Shown: piece after piece, positions 1 through 9,145 of the stretch | How positions within the stretch are numbered: position 1 is the stretch's first letter | Layout of the letters: each line of letters begins with the position of its first letter | Assembly (NCBI GenBank): GCA_043228905.1 | Contig: JBHGNT010000936.1 | Location: 1-13,640, forward strand | Length of the DNA stretch: 13,640 bases | Direction: 5' to 3' | DNA from: Azolla caroliniana | Taxonomy: Eukaryota > Plantae > Polypodiophyta | Position numbers and translations under genes: made by a program | The notes under the pieces: generated by a model | The model's input: the letters and a program-made list of their open reading frames with translations, nothing else | What the model was told of the DNA's origin: nothing | Database searches by the model: none

Positions 1-2341
1 ATCCGTCCCTCTCATCGTTGCAGTCATCCGAAGCAGAATCGGCCTAAACAATCGATTTCTTGTGATCGGTATTCGGCATACAATCAGAAGTTAATCGGAT
101 TCACTCCAAGAAGGTTCAACAAACAAGTATCCGAAACCAAACCTACTCGGGTTCAAGACCGACTAGAACGATATCGGGTGAGCCAACCGGCTGCACCCCA
201 CTAAGGCTCCTAGTCAACTTTGAACAGAGTCTTACCAACCGTAACCGAATCAGGTGGCATCAACATCCGGCTCATCGGAGATGAGTCTAAGGAGGTTTGA
301 CAGTTCAAACTTCAACTTCTGGAAGGAACAAATGCAGGACTATCTCATAGTCAAGGGTAAGATAGACCCGATTGAGAATGAAAATCCTCTAGAAGCATAC
401 AAGGCAAACGAGTGCCTAAAGCTTGACAGAATCATCCGCGCCACGATTCAGATGCACTTGTCGGAGTCAGTGTACTTCACAGTGCAATCATGCTCGACAA
501 CTTTTGAACTTTGGAAAACACTGTCGGAAACTTATGAAAAGAAGGTCGCCGCAACGAAGATGTATCTGATGCGGTGCCTCTACAATTTGCGGATGAAAGA
601 ATCTGATTCGGTTTAAGCACATTACAATGAGTACGAAAGCCTAAGCTCCCAAATATCGTCTCAGGGGACGGCAATAGAGGATGAATTCAGAGCAATGATA
701 CTCATGAGTAGTTTCCCCTCTTCTTGGGAAACTTTCGTCACAACCGTGTGCAATGCTTCAACAACTGCCATTAAGTACTCCGAAATCACGAGCGCAATCC
801 TGACTGAAGCAACTCGGAGAAAGTCTTTTGCCAAAGACTCGGTAGATGAAGCGTACGTAGTACAAGGTTCGATCGACCAATCGAACAACTAGGGAAGAAG
901 TTCTTCCCGACCACCGAACAATCAGCGAAGCCAGAGCAAGTCTCGGAACAACCGAATTTGCAACTACTGCAACAAACCGGGATACATCAAAGCTGACTGT
1001 CGGGCACTCAAAGCAAAAACCGACAAAGCTCGGAGAGCGGATCAGAAGAGTAGCCAGCATGAAGAGGTCAACTACATCGGCTCTTCAGCCGAATTTTTGA
1101 CGATCGACCCGAACATATTGTCCATAGAGAACCCAGTCGAATCAGAAGTACTACTTACGACTGAGGAATTGAGCACATGGCTCCTGGACTCGGGCGCATC
1201 ATATCATGTGACACCTCACTGATCTCAGTTTCGGCAATACTCGGTCCGACACGTTCATGAGCTTTCAAGTCCCTTGATCTTAGTCGGACAACTTGACGAA
1301 GCCGGCATCCGTGCCGGGTTCTCATCAGGAGGGTGGACACTCCACAAAGGGAACTTCCTGCTTGCTCAAGGACCAAAGGTACACTCTTTGTACCCTTTAT
1401 ATGTCACACTCAAAGAGGGTGACTTATTTTTGGTTGATATCCCCGTGTCATCGTTATGGCACGAATGACTTGGACACCTCAACAAGGCTGGCATAACGCA
1501 CCTATCCAGAGCCGGTTACATCCCCAAGCTCTCCTTCTCAGATTGTCAATTTTGCGAGCATTACCAGTACGACAAACATGTAGCCACATCACACCCGACA
1601 TCAGCACCAAGATAATCGAGTCCCCTCGATTTGGTCCACTCGGACGTCTGTGGCCCGATGCCACATCAGTCTCTCAACGGTGCTTCGTACTTCATCAGTT
1701 TTATTGACGATTCGACTCAGAAGGTGTGGGCTTACCCCATTAGAACCAAAGATCGGGTGTTCTCGATCTTCTATGAATGGCTTGCAATGGTCGAAAACCA
1801 GATTGGTCGGAAACTAAAATGTCTCCGAACCGATAATGGAGGAGAATTCAAGTTTGACGAATTCTCAAATTTTGCCGAGAACGCGGCATTCGACGTGAAT
1901 ATACAACACCCTATAGTCCGGAGCAGAACGGAATTGTTGAACGCATGAATCAGATGATTTAAGAACGCATAATATCCATGCTCCAACACTCTGGACTGTC
2001 TGATGGCTTCTAGGCTGAGGTTTTACTTACGGCTGTACACATAATAAATATGTTGCAAAGTAGACCTCTAGGACTTAAAATACCTCAGGAAACATGGACC
2101 AGTAGTAAGTTGAATTATGACAAGTTGAGGATCTTCGGTTGCGAGGCGTATGCCCTCATACCGAAAGACGACCGTCGGAAACTTGAACCAAGATCAAGGA
2201 AATCCGTTTTCCTTGGATATGGACCCGACGACGAGATCGGATACCGACTCTGGGTCCATGAGCACAAACAAATCGTCCGAAGTTCGGATGTTGTGTTCAA
2301 CGAGTCGGCTATGCATAAAACAGCCGAAAGGCCTATTGAAG
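1..2341 (+). mobile_element. Ty1/Copia LTR retrotransposon internal region (leader, gag, protease, integrase), truncated before RT/RNase H
   Basis: Domain order gag-PR-IN is Copia-type. The 5' LTR and PBS are not in the window. Coding similarity ends at 2341, where a TGTTGG LTR begins. Confidence 0.95.
254..2341 (+). pseudogene. Degenerate Copia gag-pol polyprotein
   Basis: Motifs: FDSSNFNFWKEQMQDYL (gag N-term); zinc knuckle CNYCNKPGYIKADC at 959-1000 (H to Y); protease WLLDSGASYHVTP from 1178; WHE*LGH pre-integrase; [39 protein letters not shown] integrase; LRIFGCEAY...VFLGY...SSDVVFNE SH3-like tail. In-frame stops include 614, 890, 1220, 1466 and ~1613, with a frameshift near 1865. Confidence 0.95.
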
Positions 2342-2414
2342 TGTTGGGAAACAGGTCCCTCCGGATGGGAAGGAAGAAGAACAGTGCCGATGAACAGGCC
2401 TCGGCCGAAACCGT

Positions 2415-2638
2415 ATGAGGAGGACCCGGCTATGGAGAGCCGGATGGTACAGACCCGGTATGAACCGGATGAGGTGTACCCGGCTACGGAGAGCCGGATG
2501 GTGCAGGCCCGGTATGAACCGGATGAGGAGTGCCCGGCTACGGAGAGCCGGATGGTGCAGGCCCGGTATGAACCGGATGAGGAGTACCCGGCTACGGAGA
2601 GCCGGATGGTGCAGGCCCGGTATGAACCGGATGAAGAG
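2415..2638 (+). repeat. 54-bp tandem repeat, 4 copies plus a partial, in LTR U3
   Basis: Unit ATGAGGAGTACCCGGCTACGGAGAGCCGGATGGTGCAGGCCCGGTATGAACCGG starts at 2415, 2469, 2523 and 2577, with a partial copy at 2631. Confidence 0.97.
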
Positions 2639-2708
2639 ACATATTCGTAAATATGTTTCTGAGAGCCCATCGAAGCTACATTTGTAAATAGCCGAAAAGT
2701 CATATTAG

Positions 2709-2715
2709 TATAAAT
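2709..2715 (+). promoter_or_regulatory. TATA box of Copia-type LTR
   Basis: TATAAAT downstream of the U3 tandem array. Confidence 0.6.
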
Positions 2716-2794
2716 ATGACTTAGGGCAAACTTTTAACTGTTGTTGTCATTCTTCCTTGTTGGTGCAAGAAGAAACGAGAGTGCGTAACTGTAC

Positions 2795-2815
2795 AGAGAG
2801 AGAGAGAGAGAGAGA
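2795..2815 (+). repeat. (AG)n microsatellite in LTR
   Basis: About 10 AG units. Confidence 0.9.
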
Positions 2816-3245
2816 CGAGGTCGTTGCCTCTGTTGTAACCGCCGCCTGTGGCGAAGACTTGTGAGCACGAGGTCGGTGCCTCAATGAACTCACTATTGTA
2901 TATTCCTACATAGTGATAGTTTGCAGCCTGTGGGCTGCCGTGGTTTTTCCCCTAGTTTGGGGTTTTCCACGTAAACATTCTGTGTACCCTTTTTCTCTTC
3001 TTTGTGTCGCGTGCATTTCGTTTCCTGTTTTTTCTGTGTATGAAAAGAAGCTCGGTTGTGGTCGAGCGTTGCGCATAAGGAACGTCAAGTTCCCGACATG
3101 AAGTCCGAAGGGTAATATTTTCCGAAGTGCCAACCCTTCATGAAGGCCCAGCCCCCAACTATTATGTGAAGGATAAGTACAAAATGGCTAAGAGGCTTAA
3201 GACTGGCGTTGAACCAATTTGGTTCAACATAATGCCTAGTGCCCT

Positions 3246-3253
3246 CTTTTATA
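3246..3253 (-). promoter_or_regulatory. TATA box of chromovirus LTR
   Basis: Minus strand reads CTATAAAAGAGGGC. Confidence 0.7.
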
Positions 3254-3262
3254 GTGTTCTCA

Positions 3263-3307
3263 GGAATAATCCTGAAGCTTCTAGAATGTTCCAGAGAGAT
3301 CTGGAAT
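3263..3307. promoter_or_regulatory. Heat-shock element array (alternating nGAAn/nTTCn)
   Basis: Perfect core tGAAgcTTCtaGAAtgTTCc at 3273-3292, with further in-phase GAA at 3264 and 3304. Confidence 0.7.
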
Positions 3308-3360
3308 ATACATCAATTTTCTATGATAAAGCATAAATGAAAATAATATCCTACGTATTA

Positions 3361-3431
3361 GAATTCATAGTCTAATGGTAAGAGCTCTACCCATGTAGCA
3401 TAAGGTCATGGGTTGGAGTCTTGCCATATCA
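3361..3431 (+). other. tRNA-like (Pol III A-box/B-box) segment inside the LTR; not a functional tRNA
   Basis: A box TAGTCTAATGG at 3368-3378 and B-box-like GGTTGGAGTCT at 3411-3421, at tRNA spacing. The acceptor stem does not pair. Confidence 0.5.
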
Positions 3432-3436
3432 TGACA

Positions 3437-3449
3437 CTATCTCCCCCTT
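3437..3449 (-). other. Polypurine tract of chromovirus
   Basis: Minus strand AAGGGGGAGATAG runs from the pol stop codon to the LTR-initial TG. Confidence 0.9.
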
Positions 3450-4389
3450 AAAGATGACGAGTGGAACGAGTCGGCGCTGATTGCGGACCGGGTTTGTCCG
3501 GATACTCTCGGTGGAAATCAACAAGAAGATTCTGAGCATTGGCAACATGCTCGACGGGTTCCCAAGTACGTTCGCTCAAACTATAACCAAGCCAATCGAC
3601 CAAATAATAAATTTTGTTGCGAACAAGTTTGGAATCGAGGATGGCAGCAACTTCATACTCCGGGCCAACGTCCAACGTCCAACTCTAGCGGGGGCGGCGA
3701 TGGTGTAACACGATCGGGAATGGTGTTTGCTTTATAAGGTTCAAGAAGAGAACAATGGAAAACCGGATGCATCTGAAGCTGCGGAGGGAGATCAAGGCGG
3801 AATGTGACATCATTAACCTTACTCGTAATACGGAAAGGACCGAGTCGTTGATAATCCAACTTGTCGCACGGTCGAGTAGTCTTGATGTGACGACGTAAGA
3901 GCCATACTCAATCTCCGATGGCAAAAGAGGAGGGAAGCCGATGACGATCCGCGTAAGTCTTCTGTGTCTGTTGAGCATGACGAAGATGAGTCGAGAGATT
4001 TGTCTGGATCTTGCGTAGTCTCTCCAAATGATCCCCGACACGAGGATTGGTAGGTAGCTCCGGGGTGTCGATCACCGACCAGCGAGGATGAGAACCGATA
4101 TAAGTGTAGAATGGGGAAGACTCGAGTCAAGGAGTGAACAACATTATTATACGCAAACTCCGCAAAGTGGAGAATCTCGGCCCAATTGTCTTGTTGATAA
4201 CTCAGGAAACACCGGAGATATTGCTCCAACGTTTGGTTTGTTCATTCCGCCTGCCCATCGGTCTGAGGATGGTAGCCAGAGGAGAGGTTGCAAGAGACCT
4301 TGAGCATCTTGAAGAGATGCTGCCAAAATTTGGAGACAAATTGCGGTCCTCGGTCACTGATGATACTGTCTGGGAGGCCATGATGCTGA
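3448..4389 (-). pseudogene. Ty3/Gypsy chromovirus integrase C-terminal half plus chromodomain (Tcn1-like), frameshifted
   Basis: [49 protein letters not shown] motif ([20 protein letters not shown]...HPVFHCSLLEPY), and chromodomain EYEVAAILDSK...YYLVDWLGYSLSERTWEP. The motifs are spread over several frames. Confidence 0.95.
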
Positions 4390-4983
4390 TGTCGTGAAGA
4401 ATTTTGGCCAAAGGCGGAAACCGGGAAATATTGGCTACATCGACAGGGTGCAGCATGTGCAATCACCCTTGTACATTTAGTGCGAATAACGAGGGCGCCT
4501 TTATGGCGCCGAAGAGTAGTCAAGTCGGAACAGAGAATCCCATGTAAGTCAGGATTTATCCCACATTGTGACGCGTCTCCCTCCTTGTTCTATAAAAGGA
4601 AGGGAGCGCCTCTTGTGAAGGGGTTGCCCATTTTGTGTTAGAGGGTATACCGTTAGATTTAGGGTTAGTTTCTTCTTTTCCTTCTTCTTCTTCTTCTTCG
4701 CCGTGTGGGTTGAGGGTTCATGTCTGTTTAGGGTTGTTTCTGCTCGGTCTCCTGTGCAAGACCCCGCTCTGCGCGACGAGCCCGAGAGCTCCTCGGACGG
4801 CGGCTTGGCAACAAACTGTTGTTGTAACCTACCCTACCTTGGTCCGGCTTGAAGCCGGGAATGTATTTTTCCCCCCATGTAATATACATACTCGTATCTG
4901 TTTGTGCATATTGGTGTTTTTGGTGGTGTCGAGAGCACAACCCCTCTTGCTTCCTGTGCATAAGATTCGGTGCCGCGCGCATG
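4390..4983 (+). mobile_element. Probable LTR fragment of another element inserted in the chromovirus integrase
   Basis: Integrase similarity stops where TGTCGTGAAG begins at 4390. TATAAAAG at 4591 is followed by TTTAGGG telo-box-like motifs (~4658, ~4727) and a CTT tract. The right end is not recognisable. Confidence 0.55.
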
Positions 4984-5275
4984 CTCTCCCTCTCCTCTCT
5001 CTCTCTCTCTCTCTCTCTTCTGCCGTTGCTGTCGTTGTCGTCGCCGTCGTCTGCAGCCACTGTCTGCCGCCGTTGCAGCCGTCGCCATCTGCTCTCTCTC
5101 TCTCTCTCTCTCGCTTCCTCGCCTTTGTGTAACGGCTCTCTCTACCGTTGTTGTCACCGGTTAGTGTCGTCGTCGTCTGTTGCTGTCGTTGTCCGACGAC
5201 TACCGCTGTCTGCGGCCGTCGCCGTCTGCTACTGTCTGCAGCCGTCTGCCGTCGTCTGACGACCGCCGCCGTCAC
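4984..5275 (+). repeat. Compound (CT)n plus GCC/GTC triplet low-complexity region, probable LINE 5' UTR
   Basis: (CT)n tracts at ~4995-5017, ~5092-5112 and ~5136-5142, with intervening CCGTTG/GTCGTC/GCCGTC-rich runs. Confidence 0.8.
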
Positions 5276-5458
5276 GGGGTGTTTCTTCTCCGTTTTCTCT
5301 TGACGTTGTGAAGTGCCATTTTCTTGACGAGTTCGTGGGTGGGTTCTTTTGGTGTGCTCGTCGCGTGCTACAAAATGCCGATGTGATTGCGACATACACA
5401 CAAACTCGGCTAAGTCTCGAACCCATTTATTTTACCTTTTTTTCTTATTGACACCACA

Positions 5459-6271
5459 ATGACGTCTAAACGAACTAAGGAACATAAGGATATAAAAGAC
5501 GAGGCTATAAGTAAGGAGGACTTTTTAGATATGTTTAATCGTTTAACAAAAATAGAGATGGATATGAAAAAATGAGTGAAAGACACCGAAACCCACAAGA
5601 AAAAAGATAGAGAAGAAAAAGACGCCCTCAAGGCCGAAATAGAACAACTTAAAGTAGAAAACACCAACCTTAAAAAACAACTTAAGGACATCGAGGTATC
5701 TCGAGAAGACGGTGAAATATCCTTTATAGAGGATATAAAGGACGAAATTAAAAAAGTTAAAGAGGAAGTTAATAATAACATAGAGTTAGCTAAAACGGGT
5801 TGGGTAGATGTGGTTAAAAGAAACATTAAAAAAGAAATAAAAGATGAATATATTGTTAATACCACCCTTGAAGAAGAGAAAATGCGTCAGGCCCGACGCT
5901 TAAATGTACGTGTCACTGGGCTCAAGGAAGGTGCATCCCCAAATGAGGACGAAGAAACACTTGGGAAAATGTTAGGGTACACAGAGGCCCTACCTATCAC
6001 CAAAGCATGGAGGGCCGGGCGTGACACAACTAGGAAGAGAGCCTTAGTCCTTCAATTTAAAGACTTAGACTCTAGAATCACTTTCTTTAAGAAGAGACCA
6101 ATCCTTCGAGGAATGGATGGGGACCCCATCTATCTCGATGAAGACCTCACTAAGATGCAAATTGAGCATCGCAAGAGTTGTATGCCACGAGTTATGCAAG
6201 CTTGTAAAGAAGGCCATCGCGCCTTTTACCGAGACGGGCGAGTGATCATAAATGATTGCACTACTAATTGA
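5459..6271 (+). pseudogene. LINE ORF1 (coiled coil + RRM-like + C-terminal domain), one in-frame stop
   Basis: ATG at 5459 is in frame with ORF 5576-6271, with a TGA at 5573. K/E-rich heptads, RRLNVRVTGLKE, and IYLDEDLT...FYRDGRVII. Confidence 0.85.
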
Positions 6272-6307
6272 CGGCGTGTGGCCCATGTGACAGAAAATGC
6301 ACTTAGG

Positions 6308-9145
6308 ATGACCCTATGGAATTGTAATGGCGCACTCTAGGCACACCCCGACCGCCTAGAGGAGATACTAAAGGTATCTAATATACTTTTCTTGGTAGAA
6401 ACACATCAGAGCCCAAATAGAGGACTCCCAAGGGTCAAAGGATTTCGTTGGGAGTCCGCTTTTAGACAAACCTCACATCGACACACTACTAGGGGATCTG
6501 GAGGTGTCGCGATACTATTTCGTAGAGAGCTACATAATAGGATAGAAATAATGAAGATAGACCCAAAAGCTCGTTTTATGTGGGTGAAAGTCTCCACAAG
6601 CAAAGACCAGGCAGTATTTTTCGCCATTTGTTACTTTCCCCCAAAAGGATCCCGTTATAATATTGGTGGCTTGACGAGATTAGTCGATGAAGGAATGCCA
6701 CATGGGCCTTCTCCATACGAACCCCTATCGGATGACATAATCCGATATTCTTCCCAAGGAGAAGTATTTCTTGTAGGAGACTTCAATGCGAGAACCCAAT
6801 CCCGACAATGCACAGTATTTAAGATGAATAGAAACCTAGAAATGGTAAATGTTGATCCTTTAGACATAGGCACCACACGTAGATCAAAGGACCAAGGTGC
6901 GGACGCCACGAGCTTTGGCCATCATCTGCTCGAACTTGGCAGTCGGCACCGGATGGTCATATATAATGGTTTAGCTAAGTGGCCGGGCTCGGAAGAGCTC
7001 ACATGTTTCCCACATGGAGGAGGGGAAAGCACAATTGACTATCTAATAGGGCGCCCTGAAGCTACCCACATGATTAACTCCTTCCGAGTGGCCCCATGCC
7101 CTATTGGCGTAGACCATAGTTTCTTATACTTCGAGCTAAAATGTGATATCTCTAAGGTCACCAAGTCTAGTCAACCATGCCATCACACCACAATACATTT
7201 CACACATGAGCTCTCTGACATATACTCTCAACATGTTCAGGCCCATCTCCCCTCCCTTGATCCCTCCCTACCGTTAGAAAGCCTTAGTACAAAACTCACA
7301 CACATCCTTCACTCCGCAACAGCTAACAGTTTCCCATATACAAAACACTCAAATCAAGGTAGATCAGGATCAATGCCACAAAATAAATGGTATGACGAGG
7401 ATTGTAGGGACTTACATAGACAACTTACAGTATCGCAACTCAATGGTAGTATTACCTCCATACAAGCCCGCAAAGAAATGCGTAAGATGACACGTCATAA
7501 GAGACGAGCGTGGGAGGCATCCCAATACTGGGAACTCTACCATATGCTCATGAGTAGCGATTGCGCCACGGCATGGAAGAGACTACGGGAGCCAAGACCA
7601 CAAACACCCATCGAAGATCCCGAAACTTGGCACACATATACAGAGAGACTTTACCAAATCCCAAACCAACCACCCATTCCAATGCCTTCCACACCCCGGC
7701 CTACCACGGGGACACTTTTCACGACCTCTAGGGTTGTGAAGGTCATAAAGAAATTACAACATAGGAAGTCCATGGACCACACAGGATTGCGAGCAGAACA
7801 CATTATATATGCGAGAGAGTGCCTAGCTCCCTTGCTAACTCTAATCTTCAATCGTGCCCTTGCGGAGGGTTTTCCACCACAGTGGACTATGAATACAATG
7901 GCCCCCATACATAAAGGGGGGGACCCCATGGACCCAAATACATATAGGACCATTATGATAGGCCATACCCTTGCTAAGTTATATGGTGCAGTGATGGAAG
8001 TAGAGCTTAGCGACTATATGGAGACCCTAAACCTTCGTGCACCTGAACAAGCTGGCTTTAGACGAGCCTTCTCCACTATTGATCATATCTTCACACTTAG
8101 ATGCCTAATTGACCAAACTAAGGCTCGCAAGAAGAAATTATACTGTTGTTTTGTGGACTTCCGCACAGCCTTTGACACAGTCCCTAGAGAGTGGTTGTTT
8201 GATAGACTTAAAAGCTTGAGGATACCAGATGATATGGTATGGGCCATCTACGCACTATATGAACAAGTGTCCGGGTGTGTCCGATGACCAGGTGGCCTAT
8301 CTAATCGTTTCACTAGCAATATTGGTGTAAAACAAGGTTGCCCCCTATCACCGACGCTTTTTGGGATCTACATTGATGAGATCACAGATTTATTGCTCGT
8401 GAGGGAGGCACCGGAGTGGTCCTTGGGGATACGCAGGTTCGTATCTTGCTCTATGCGGATGACATAGTTTTGCTCTCTGAATCCGAACACGACCTACAAA
8501 GGCACCTTAATGCCTTAGATGACTTTTGTGTACAACGAGGATTGGTAGTGAATCTAGGGAAAACGAAAGTCCTTATCTTCCACACATCGGCCCAAGTTAG
8601 AGCTAAGTGTCACCTAACTATCTCCCATAGCCCAGTCGAGGTGGTTGGATCATACGTCTATCTCGGAGTCACTTTTAGTGCCCGCTCAGGTAAATTTTCG
8701 ATGACACAGGCAACGAAGGATAGACTCACGAGAGGACATGCATCCCTCTCACTCCTAGAGAGACAATGCCACCAAGCACACTTTCAAGAGCCACGGACTA
8801 AAGGGTGGCTCTTTGACTCATTAGTGACCCCCTCCCTCATGTATGCATCAGCGGTTTGGGTTCCAGGATTACCATCTTTCATGTGGACACAATTAGAGAG
8901 ACCATTGGTGATGATGCTATCACGCCAACTCCGAAGCAAATCGACTGTACCACATGACATTATTAGGGCTGAGTTCACGTTACCCCCAATGTTAGTAGAG
9001 GCACTTTTTCAACTTGTAGTCTTCATTCACAGGATACATAGCCAACCACATGATAGAATATCTCATCAAGCCTTTAAGGCCTCTCGATCATTGTATGAGT
9101 CCGGCTATACTAGCTCATGGTATGGCATGATGGTGAGTTGGCTTC
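6308..9145 (+). pseudogene. LINE ORF2: AP endonuclease + reverse transcriptase
   Basis: APE motifs: LWNCNG, LVETH, VGDFNAR, STIDY, DH. RT motifs: YRTI, EQAGFR, FVDFRTAFDTV, GVKQGCPLSPTLF, LLYADDIVL, YLGV. Stops at 6338 and 8285, frameshift near 8390. Confidence 0.96.

Larger units (their letters stand above)
2342..3135 (+). mobile_element. Copia-type LTR (solo or orphan), about 0.8 kb
   Basis: Starts TGTTGG and ends GCCAAC(C), one base off the expected CCAACA. Contains TATAAAT at 2709, a (GA)n tract, and the U5-type block GTGGTTTTTCCC...GGGTTTTCCACGTAAA. The right end could alternatively be 3140. Confidence 0.8.
3138..3436 (-). mobile_element. 3' LTR of Ty3 chromovirus (about 300 bp)
   Basis: On the minus strand it begins TGTCATGA at 3436, directly after the PPT. 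The matching TCATGA lies at 3138-3143, with the terminal CA missing. Internal TATAAAAG at 3253-3246. Confidence 0.85.
4984..9145 (+). mobile_element. Non-LTR retrotransposon (LINE), two ORFs, RTEX/RTE-group-like, 3' end interrupted
   Basis: ORF1 followed by APE-RT ORF2. The 5' boundary is approximate. Interrupted at 9146 by a Gypsy LTR. The clade call rests on motif style only. Confidence 0.9.

Noticed and set aside
2415-2638. Possible CRISPR array
   Set aside because: Head-to-tail repeats with no unique spacers, no cas genes, and a eukaryotic TE context.
2150-2703. ORFs with 18-aa repeats (166, 169 and 90 aa)
   Set aside because: By-products of the 54-bp array, open in several frames on both strands and crossing or lying within an LTR.
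3127-3336. 69-aa ORF as continuation of Copia pol after a solo LTR
   Set aside because: No pol motifs; the sequence is the reverse strand of the chromovirus LTR.
3361-3431. Functional tRNA gene
   Set aside because: The acceptor stem does not pair, the anticodon loop is non-canonical and the B box is mutated. Kept only as tRNA-like.
4635-5426. Overlapping 100-190 aa ORFs on both strands
   Set aside because: Produced by (CT)n and triplet low complexity; no domain motifs.
5410-5865. 151-aa hydrophobic minus-strand ORF
   Set aside because: Antisense shadow of the A-rich K/E codons of LINE ORF1.
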